In this document: one piece after another, positions 54,601 through 64,000 of the stretch
Layout: each line of letters starts with the position of its first letter
Numbering within the stretch: position 1 is the first letter of the stretch
Assembly (NCBI GenBank): GCA_044892525.1
Contig: CM097885.1
Coordinates: 162,316,001-162,380,000 of the forward strand
Length of the DNA: 64,000 nucleotides
Direction of reading: 5' to 3'
From: Schmidtea polychroa
Taxonomy: Eukaryota
Notes under the pieces: model-generated
Told to the model about the DNA's origin: nothing
The model's input: only the letters and a program-made list of their open reading frames with translations
Database searches by the model: none
Program-made: the position numbers and the translations under genes

Positions 54601-55210
54601 TCATCGCCAAATAGCAAAAATAAGAATATCACATACAGTACACTTACGATGCAATGATATAATAAAACCTTAAAGTTTTACCTGCTGGGTATATATTATC
54701 CCAGGGGTGGCCAACCCAAATCAATCGAAGGGCCAAATTTTCGGAAAAAAAATAATTATCCTAAACTTTAGGTTGATATTATTTATATTAATATTGATAA
54801 ATTGTTGTTTAAATGATGTGGGAAAGTTCGTATTAATTTTGGTTTTTGTGTTTCTTTAGTAAGGTTCCCAAAGTGTGGACAGTGATCTCAACTAAGACCA
54901 ATGACAAGATTTTTTTTGATTTGATAAAAGTAGATGTCGGATATTAGAAAAATAGAAAAAGTATTTAAATTAAATAAATATTAAAAGAATAGCCGAAAAT
55001 AAATACCGCATCAATTTGTGTGTAAAGATTTTAATCAATATATTTTTTCTTTCTTTCCTGGTTGATATTGTTGGAGATGTCTACGATTTGAGTTACTGAT
55101 TGAGAAAATTTCTGAGCATCATGGAAGTCACTTATTAATAGTTATTGATTTTTACTATATTAATATATGATATAATTTTTTATTGATTTTCTTTAATACT
55201 TCTATTGGTA

Positions 55211-55568
55211 CTTCCGTGTAATCTTACCCCCAAAAATTAAATTATAAAATACAATTAAAATAACAATATAAAAATGAGAGAATACATTATTGATGACGTT
55301 ATTGAACATTATTGAACATGAATTTATTAAGGCTATCTGTGATTTATGTGACTATGTGAGTTTATGTGACGCAAACGTGTTCTAAGCAACAGTGCCGATG
55401 TGTTCGACACTATTCTCAACGACATTGTGGTTTTCTGGCCACCTGGATGACCATTTACAAACTCTTTACAAACATTTGCTGAGTTTGTAACTGTGATTTA
55501 GAAAATAAATATAATAATTATATGTGTTCTTTTTTAATTTAATTTTTGGGGGTAAGATAACACGGAAG
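55211..55568. mobile_element. Tc1/mariner-type MITE
   Basis: ~34-bp TIR CTTCCGTGT(A/T)ATCTTACCCCCAAAAATTAAATTA with TA TSD. Confidence 0.9.
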
Positions 55569-56259
55569 TACCCTTCTATTAAAGAGCTCAGAACAAATAT
55601 TTTAAAATTTGAGGTCACAGACAAAAATAGTTTAGGACATCAAAAATAATTTCTAAATAGAATTTTTAAGTCGATAAATAAAGAAAAATTAGTTTAAAAA
55701 TTTATTTTCAAAGAAATTATATTTTCATAAATCTAAAAGAATTTAAACTCAAATGAGAATTTTAATTACATTAATGAAATTACATTTATTCAAACAAAGA
55801 TTTGTTGTCAATATTAATAATGCAAATATTTCTTTATTTTCATCATTTAGCAATAGCAGCTTCCAAAATTTATTAATTATGTCGTTTTTTGATTTATTAA
55901 ATTTAATTTCAATATTCTGATTATATTTTTGTTGCACAATATTTAATGAAAATTTGGAAAAAATTTCATATATGTAAAAATGAACTAAAATTAATATTAC
56001 CCACTTGTGGGAAATATTTTTAAAATATTTCTTAAAATTATTTTAAAATTAATTAATTTAAATAATGAGATTATAAACTATGCAGACTCTAAAATCAAAC
56101 TGATTTTTATTAAAATGTTAACTGTTAATGTTCATAAGTGTCATTTTTGTATGATGTTGCTTACATGCATCATGATGAAAAGTTCACAACATTTTACATA
56201 TTTAGAACATCCTATTCTAATTATTTTGCAAATACGGTTTACTGCATGAAATTAATTAA

Positions 56260-56515
56260 CCCGTTCACGTCGGCGCGGATCATCAGTAGCCCGTGCTAAC
56301 CCGTCCCATCGAGCGGTGCGTACCACCAGTGGGACGTTTTGATTGTGTTATTAGACGTATATTAGACGTATTATTAGAAAATTTAACGTAAATTCATCAA
56401 AAACATTTATTTTTAATTACAATTATAATTAATAACGTATTATAAACATAACTTTTGTTAAATAACAAAACTGGGCCGCCAGATGATGCGCAGTATGAAA
56501 ACCGGCGTGAACCTA
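56260..56515. mobile_element. piggyBac-type MITE
   Basis: TTAA|CCCGTTCACGTCGG ... CCGGCGTGAAC(cta)|TTAA. Confidence 0.7.
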
Positions 56516-56906
56516 TTAAGGACACAAGAACGAGCTTTCAAAAAATAAATCAGTTAACATACTACAATTGTAAAAAATCAAATTTAATTTTTAATTAAAT
56601 TTTGTTCGATATCAGAAACAGGACCATATCCAGGGAGTGGCGAATAAAGTAATCGCTTTAGGCGCGGAAGCGAGAGAAAATCCATAAGGGCGCCAAAATG
56701 ATGTCATCATTTTGAGAAAACTTGCTCACCAAATAGTTATAAAAGCTTAAATTATAAATATGAACTCCCAGGCATGAGTGTTTCTACTATTTCTTCGTAA
56801 CTTTGACTTATTCAATCGTGATTTTTATTTTGTTTTCTCTATTATCTGATGTTCTTTTGTATATTAGTCACCACCACACCATCACAACCAATAAAACACC
56901 AAAAGA

Positions 56907-56961
<55 letters not shown>

Positions 56962-57684
56962 AAAGACTTTGTAAAGTAATTAGCATATTTTAGGAAAATC
57001 AATGATTTTAATTTGTTGATTTTTATATTTTTGTTAGAATGTGGCATTTTGTCTATCTGATTTGGTTTTTAGATAATTATGAAATTTTAATAAATATTTA
57101 TGGAATATTTCTTTTATTGAAATTAATTTAATTGTATGTCAAGAAGCACGAATTTAGAAGCAGAAATTATTGAATATATTAAGAACACATGTAGAGAAGA
57201 ACATGTTAAGAAGTCCTTAGTGCAATTCAAATTGGTGATTTTTTCTATTTGACACATTTTTCTATTATTTGAAAGAAAGGAAGTAAAATAAATAATAAAA
57301 AACAAAGCAAAAGTAAAGAAATTAGAAATTCTGGGAAATATAAGAAATCGTTGAGTGAATTATTTAAAAGCGATTGCGAAAAAATTGAATATTAATTTGA
57401 TTTCTTCAGTGATTCTATAAAAATTTTAAAAAATTTAATGAGAAAATATATCTAATTTTAATTTATTTTAAAGTAATATTTTAGTCAGAAAATTCTGTTT
57501 TATTTCATATATTCCAAAATGATGCTCTTAATTTAATACATTTTTATTAAAAATAATAAATTTGATTCCATTAAAACAATTTGTAATATTTATCTTTTAA
57601 TCTTATTTGAAAAGGAATGACATTTATATGAATTATAATATTTACCTTAAATTAAACAGGTAAAATAAACAAAATATAGCGAAT

Positions 57685-58326
57685 TCAAATGACATTATCA
57701 ATATTTCTGAAATTAATAAATAATAATAATAATAATTGAATAAGTCCAAGAACAATTTTATTTTCCGCCTCTACAGGGCCGCGTGGATCAGTTTTGAATA
57801 ATAACATTTTGTCCAGTTCAATATCATAAGATAATGCCATCATTGAACATCCTAATGGTCGCCTCTCAGCCGATTGGGAATAGAGTTGATGGATATCCGC
57901 CATAGAAGAACATATTATATCACAAGTCATTTTATGTCCAATTTCAGAATTAAATCGAGCTGCTTCCATTTATGCACGATAAACTTGAGATCGACAATCA
58001 GGGATCATACCAATCATAACACCTCCAGTACTTTCAGTAATATTAAACAATCTCGTAGCTGAACTCGTCTCAATCATTTTATCGGGAACTTTTCCTTTTG
58101 CATATCTATCGATTTCATTAAGCCAATTTTTAACATTGTTAAACGAATCTTGATCGGTAACATCAACCACAACAATAATTCCATGAGCTCCTCTGGAATA
58201 ATACGAGGTTATAGTTCCAAATCTTGCTTGATATGCAGTATCCCATATTCGCAATGTCATTGTATCACAATTTTCAGCATAATAGTCATCTGCGGATTTG
58301 ACGAAATAGTCCCAATCTGGATTCAT
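57685..58326 (-). pseudogene. Chimeric intronless frame: internally deleted Rab1 fused to a PSMA6 fragment
   Basis: 58326-58099 [60 protein letters not shown] is Rab1-like. It continues in frame as [55 protein letters not shown] (PSMA6-like). Single TAA at 57970-72. Confidence 0.85.
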
Positions 58327-58514
58327 TTAATTATTTCCAACCTCCGGTTTCAAAACAAAAAGTTCCAGAATTCAATTTAAAAAACCTTCCAAATCTCGCA
58401 GTTTAAACAACTCCAAAAAATCAAATCTAATTTAATAATCTACAAAATTAATACCAAAAATCAATACCAATCAAAAACTACAATGCAAAACCAACTTACA
58501 ATCTCAATCGAATT

Positions 58515-58641
58515 TCCATTGCTCGCGTCTGTGTGCGCACACCAACAATATTCGGTCTAACCAGACCGCGCACACAGACGCGATATAAAAAAGCCAAACA
58601 ACTGCCAGTCAGAGGCAATCCCCCTCTGACTGGTCGAAACA
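58515..58641 (-). promoter_or_regulatory. Palindromic leader cassette, copy B
   Basis: Perfect 16-bp arms 58523-58538 / 58568-58583 and 11-bp hairpin 58605-58633; homologous to copy A. The regulatory role is inference. Confidence 0.6.
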
Positions 58642-58869
58642 ATAATAATAACAAATATTTTCTAAGTAGAAATTTTAATATTGTTGAATTTAAAAATACC
58701 TTTCATTTAATCGAAATTTATTCTGAATTTAAATTTAAGATGTTTGTTAGAGTTTGCGTTTTTAAAAAATATTATATATTAAAAAATATTGAAAATAAAT
58801 ATTAACAAAATAAAAATTATAAGAACTTTTTTTTCTTCCAATTTTTTCCATTGAATTTATTAAAAAGAT

Positions 58870-58934
58870 AGTTTGAAGACTATAAATCAGTATCAACAAA
58901 CATCGATATATTACTGATTTATAGTCTTCAAACT
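58870..58934. mobile_element. 65-bp palindromic mini-element (same family as 7735-7841)
   Basis: 23-bp perfect inverted repeat AGTTTGAAGACTATAAATCAGTA with a 19-nt spacer. Confidence 0.7.
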
Positions 58935-60867
58935 CTCTTTTTCATAAATAAAATAAAAATTATAAATAGTTCTTTAATTTTTTTTCAGATTTTAATATAT
59001 AAAAATATTCATTTTATTGCATGTTTTACATCTATTTTGATAAATAAACATATTAAGAAGAAAATATATTTTTTAAACATTAAAAATAAAATTTCATCAA
59101 AATATTTACTAATTCGAACATTGTACTTCATCACAGGGCGGAAGGAATTTGTCAGATTAATGGGTAAAAACACCGTCGTTTTTACAGTTTAGATATGTTA
59201 TTGTAGTATATTTGCATAGAGAAAATCAAATTATAAGAGGAAATTATTAATTTTTGAATACTAAGTACTAAAAATGATATTCTATCAAAATAAAATTTTG
59301 TTCATTCTTTCTATCACGCGACCCGTGGCTTATTCTTTGGTAGCCAAAAAAATTATTTTTTATAAAAATTTATTATTATTCAGAAATAGAAATAAAAGTA
59401 CATTTATAAAATAACTAAAACCATTTTCTTTTCGTGCTGCGTGCCCCTAAAAAATTATTTCAACTTCGTGACCCCTAAAATGTGCTTATACATGCAACAA
59501 TTTATTTAAATTTATTTAAATTTAAATTTAAATTTATTTATTCCGTGACTAAATTTATAAATAAAACAATTAATTACAACGGTATTAAATAAATAACAAG
59601 AGTCAATTCAGTTCTTGAAGTAATTATATAATTTTCGAATAATGTATTAATTTTACCCATACTTTTATAAAAAGTATTTAACGTATTCATATTAAGAACA
59701 CTTGCTTTAGAATCTAAAGTTTAGATAAACAGTATATTTTTTACAAAAATTAACATCTTTCATGAAAAAAATATTTCGGAGTTGCAAAAAAATTTCATAT
59801 TTCTTTACAAATATATAATCTATTATTAAAATAGATGTAAACAAATAATTGAGGGAATATTATTGTTTTAATGAAATGAAATTGAGTAATTAATGATATG
59901 ATGTAAATGTCTGATATATGTTTATAATAACAGGAAAATATACCAGCATATATTAGACAAAATTAATATTATAGTTTGTGTACAACAAATGAAATATTCC
60001 CTTTCAATTTCAGCCCAAAATATATATTGGATTGACGTTTTACTTATATTTGTTTTAAACGTTATTAATATAAAGTTTCTTTAATTGATTCCATCGTTCA
60101 TTTAGTATAAATTATTATTCCTATTTTTCTTTCTGTCTCATTTTCCATCTCAGCTTTCTCTCTATTAATTTAATAATTAATCTGATTTTACATATTGTTT
60201 TTTACTTTTCATATTTTTATCGCATTTTTCATATAAATAATTTTTAATATACCATTTCAGATCAGTTATATTTATTCAATAGTTTATTTTCTGTGCAACA
60301 ATATTTCAAACATATTTCTGACTTTATTCCATTCTAGGTCACATTTTCAGGTTCTGTTTCCATAAGCTCTTTTTCTAATTTTATTTTTATTTATAGATCA
60401 AGCCTATGGATCATTATAAATAAAAAGTTAATTAATTGAATTTCGAAAATAAAAAAACAATACATTTTAATTAAGGATCAAAGCAGGTCACCACTGATAA
60501 AACAAAGTTACCATTCTCAACATTGTCAACTCCATGCTTCACTTTAAGCGAAGACAAAGTTGAATGTTGAAAGTTGAAAATGACAAAGTTATCGTAGAAA
60601 GGACATCCAGAATGACATGTGCAAATGTCAAGTCTTTACTATTAACCCTTTGGAACGAAACTTCACTGTAACTTATTGTAACAGATAGATAAACATATAG
60701 GTCGTAATAAATATACATTTCATATCATAAATATTCAACGATATAATGATTTGAATTATATATAAACTTTGCAAGGATTTCAATACGTATGTCTAATCAT
60801 TTTGAATTAAAAAATTATTTTACAATTTAAATGTAATATAATATTTGTCAAATTTTTAACGTTTTAA

Positions 60868-61110
60868 CCCTTTCAATACTGTATGGACATATTGTCACAG
60901 AGAATTTCTAATAATTACTAAAATAATTTAAATGCATACAAATTCACTGGGATCTGGGATTTTAGTACTGTACTGTCATAGGCTCGTAAACAAGTCCAAA
61001 CATGTCTGCTTTGTTGTTGTTTGTTGTCTGCTTTTTTTTCTTTTCTATAAAATTTTGTGCTATAAAAAATTACATGAATTATTAAAATTAAAAAAATCAT
61101 ATTGAAAGGG
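60868..61110. mobile_element. piggyBac-type MITE
   Basis: TTAA|CCCTTTCAATA ... TATTGAAAGGG|TTTA. Confidence 0.75.
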
Positions 61111-61331
61111 TTTAATTTTTAAAATTTAATAATTAAATTTAATAATTAATAATTTTTATCTTTCGTCGAACATATTCGACGAAAATTATTTTAAATTTTA
61201 TTCAATTAATTAATTTCTGTAATAATATTTGTAATTTAACATAAATTAATACTGTTATTAAACCTTGACAGGTGGATTAAATAATTAAATCTTTATTAGG
61301 AGCAAAGGTGGTATTAAGAATTGAGGGAAAC

Positions 61332-61474
61332 NNNNNNNNNNNNNNNNNNNNNNNNNNNNNNNNNNNNNNNNNNNNNNNNNNNNNNNNNNNNNNNNNNNNN
61401 NNNNNNNNNNNNNNNNNNNNNNNNNNNNNNNNNNNNNNNNNNNNNNNNNNNNNNNNNNNNNNNNNNNNNNNNNN
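61332..61474. other. Assembly gap
   Basis: N run. Confidence 1.
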
Positions 61475-62378
61475 TTCTTTTATATTATTTTTATATTATA
61501 TTTGATTAATAAATCTGAAAAAAAAATTAAATTGAAATGACAAAAATTTTTTTTATTGCACTTCAACTTTATTGATATTTTTGATGATAGGCTTCAATGA
61601 ATTCTCAACTAATCTAGTTATATTTCCTTAGATTTAAGTAAAATCTTTTTTCTTCTTCGTTGTTGTTTTAATTGAATCATTTGAATCCATTGGCAAAATT
61701 AAATCTATTTCAATTAAATTAAAATTTCTATAATTAAAGATTTTTAGAATTATTTATTTATTATAAATTAAGAAATGAAAAAAATTTTTTTAATAATTTT
61801 TTATAGGTTTAAATTTAAGTTTAAAATTAACAACAATAACTTTTTAATATATGAGGAAAATTTAGAGATTTTGAAATAAATATTTCCTTCAAATAAAAAT
61901 TTTTATTATGTTCATTATATAATTTGTAATATAAATACTGTATCTTTCGGATATGGTAAAGTCGGATATTATAAAATATTGTATGTTGTAAAATTGATGT
62001 GTAGCAATAGTAGTTGACTCCAGAAACATGTCCATTTTAAGGAAATCAGATATATTAAAATATGGCAAAAGGCATTGTATATGAATCCTAAGTTTATAAA
62101 GATAGGAAGCATTATAATCAGATTTAAAAATAGTCAGGGGAAATAAAGATTATATCGGCATGAGAAAAAAGGTAAAAACAAATAAATTTTTAATTTAATT
62201 AATTTAAATTGTTATTTCAAATTAAATTAATTACTACAAAAATAGAAGAAATAACATTTATATTACTTTCACTTAACTTTTATTTGGTTAATCAGTTATT
62301 ATTTCACAGAATTTGGTTAGTTAATATATAAAGTTGGCTGCTTTGTTGCTAGTACTTGGTGGTTAATACCTGGTTATT

Positions 62379-62653
62379 NNNNNNNNNNNNNNNNNNNNNN
62401 NNNNNNNNNNNNNNNNNNNNNNNNNNNNNNNNNNNNNNNNNNNNNNNNNNNNNNNNNNNNNNNNNNNNNNNNNNNNNNNNNNNNNNNNNNNNNNNNNNNN
62501 NNNNNNNNNNNNNNNNNNNNNNNNNNNNNNNNNNNNNNNNNNNNNNNNNNNNNNNNNNNNNNNNNNNNNNNNNNNNNNNNNNNNNNNNNNNNNNNNNNNN
62601 NNNNNNNNNNNNNNNNNNNNNNNNNNNNNNNNNNNNNNNNNNNNNNNNNNNNN
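62379..62653. other. Assembly gap
   Basis: N run. Confidence 1.
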
Positions 62654-62986
62654 TAAAAGTCTTTATAATGCATGTTGGTGTGTTCATCAATCGATGACTC
62701 ACCATTTATGAGAATGTTTATTTCATTTTTTCATTCTCAATTCAATTTTATTTATGGTTTGAGAAGTAAGTTTTTTAAATTTAAGTATATTTTAAGGCTT
62801 GAATTTTGATTTTATATAATTATGAGATCATTATTCAAGCTCTTAAATATTACTTGTAATCAGCATTTATAATATATTGATAATTAAATTTCAGGTGCTT
62901 TTTTAGGTATTTTATGATATGTTATGAATTTGGAATTATTTCAATAAAATGTAAATTATATATATTTTTAACTAAAAAGAAATAAA

Positions 62987-63482
62987 ATAATCACCAAACA
63001 CATTTATTTTTTAAGACATTTAGGCGTATATGGATAAAATTGTTTTTTAAGTTTTTTTTATCTTCTTTCTCCAGCTCATTTTTAATAGCCTCTTTGACGA
63101 TGTAGACGGATTTTGTCATTTTCTGAAATTTGAAAATATTTTTTTAAAATAAGTTACTAAAATTTACGATTTTCGAATTTTTTTCTTCAATTCCAAAGAT
63201 GTCGATGGAACTTGTTGAATATCTTCACACAAAGGCGTTTGACTAGAAATATCTGATATGCTGTAAAATATTTTAATTATTTGTAATTAAATAAAAAAAT
63301 TCTTACATTGTCAGATCTTCACCTTCGCAAAATGGAAATGTCTCCAAAGAAATATCTGAAAATCTAAAGAAATATTAACTTCAAAAATATTTTATAAATA
63401 GATCTTACGATGTTTTGTCGTCCATTTCTCGAAAGCTCAAAGTTGAGTTGTCAGATTCAAAATCCAAATTTTTTTCAGCCAT
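62987..63482 (-). CDS. Putative small multi-exon gene with three 45-46 nt introns, unknown product
   Basis: ATG at 63482 (MAEKNLDFESD). GT-AG introns at 63408-63364, 63306-63261 and 63167-63123. Exons 1-3 splice in frame. Exon 4 either stops after one codon or needs one extra A in an A7 run. Confidence 0.4.
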
Positions 63483-63761
63483 GAATTTTAATAATTTTAA
63501 ATTAATGATATGTTAACAGTATGTTAATGACTCTCTACTTTCGGAATAAAAAAAGCTATATTAAATTTGCGTGTATTTTATATTATGTGTGCTGTGTTTG
63601 TATGTAAAATTATTTTTCTGTCACTTTCTCAATTCCTATAATAAAACTTTTAACATTCGGAACATTAAATTTTTGCACACAGGTAAGTTTGTGTGTTGCT
63701 ATAATATAATTTTATCGATTTTTTTTTAGATTATAGAAACTCTTATATTGTGGATTTAGGT

Positions 63762-63799
<38 letters not shown>

Positions 63800-63819
63800 G
63801 GTAAATTATGAGGTCAATG

Positions 63820-63942
63820 CGCGTCTGTGTGCGCACACAGACGCGAGCAATGTCATTTTTTGGGTTGAATTATTGGTATATCGCGTCTGTGTGCGCTTTT
63901 TGCTTTGTTGATTGGAATTGTGTGCGCACACAGACGCGAGCA
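63820..63942 (+). promoter_or_regulatory. Palindromic leader cassette, copy C (two units)
   Basis: Perfect 26-bp palindrome 63820-63845, then arms 63881-63896 / 63924-63939. Followed by a TTG-rich tract like those after copies A and B. The regulatory role is inference. Confidence 0.6.
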
Positions 63943-64000
63943 AGAGGTAGGACAATAATTGATTAGGTTTTTTGTGATTGTTGTAATTTTTAGATTTTTT

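Noticed and set aside
21232-57972. Alternative genetic code (TAA=Gln, TGA=Trp), suggested by TAA at ubiquitin Q31, PSMA6 RAQ, RNase H VLEQ and LRR NQI, and TGA at RT SPW
   Set aside because: Other stops fall at Trp (MULE E-TAG-L), Leu (Tigger D-TAA-H) and Phe/Tyr (36051) positions. The 495-aa hAT ORF and the 7.0-7.4 kb exon use only CAA/CAG for Gln. CAA>TAA and TGG>TGA are the commonest nonsense changes under GC-to-AT bias.
35508-58326. Endogenous giant-virus or Polinton origin for the Rab, ubiquitin and proteasome pieces
   Set aside because: No capsid, polB, packaging ATPase or gene-dense viral block in the window.
35216-58641. Cassettes A and B as TIRs of one giant 23.4-kb transposon
   Set aside because: They are inverted, but the flanks (..ACTGTATC / AATAATAA..) give no TSD, the interior is a mix of unrelated TEs, and a third cassette lies outside. 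Dispersed copies are the simpler reading.
61308-62705. ORFs spanning N runs
   Set aside because: Assembly gaps, not coding sequence.
63820-63939. CRISPR array
   Set aside because: Eukaryotic context, no run of three or more repeat-spacer units, and no cas genes. Only the repeat-duplication geometry is reminiscent.

Overview
Very AT-rich eukaryotic scaffold window, probably from an invertebrate animal (inferred from short GT-AG introns and metazoan-type transposons), with two N gaps. It is mostly a transposon graveyard: a MULE relic, a pogo/Tigger element split by a complete Ty3/Gypsy LTR retrotransposon, a nearly intact hAT element, several decayed hAT, Gypsy and pogo fragments, a complete mini-Helitron, hAT/piggyBac/mariner MITEs, a foldback-like element and microsatellites. 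The stand-out signal is a small dispersed family headed by a GC-rich palindromic cassette (core CGCGTCTGTGTGCGCACACAGACGCG) at 35.2 kb (+), 58.6 kb (-) and 63.8 kb (+). The two copies whose downstream sequence is visible each lead into an intronless mosaic of housekeeping-gene fragments in one reading frame. Copy A is [unknown]-proteasome alpha-1 (PSMA6)-hydrophobic segment-ubiquitin-ubiquitin-tail (545 codons, 2 stops). Copy B is Rab1 (P-loop and switch I deleted)-PSMA6 (1 stop). The palindrome occurs in an empty form and in filled forms where a 23-25 nt spacer is flanked by an 8-bp duplication. All family assignments come from motif recognition by eye; no database search was run.
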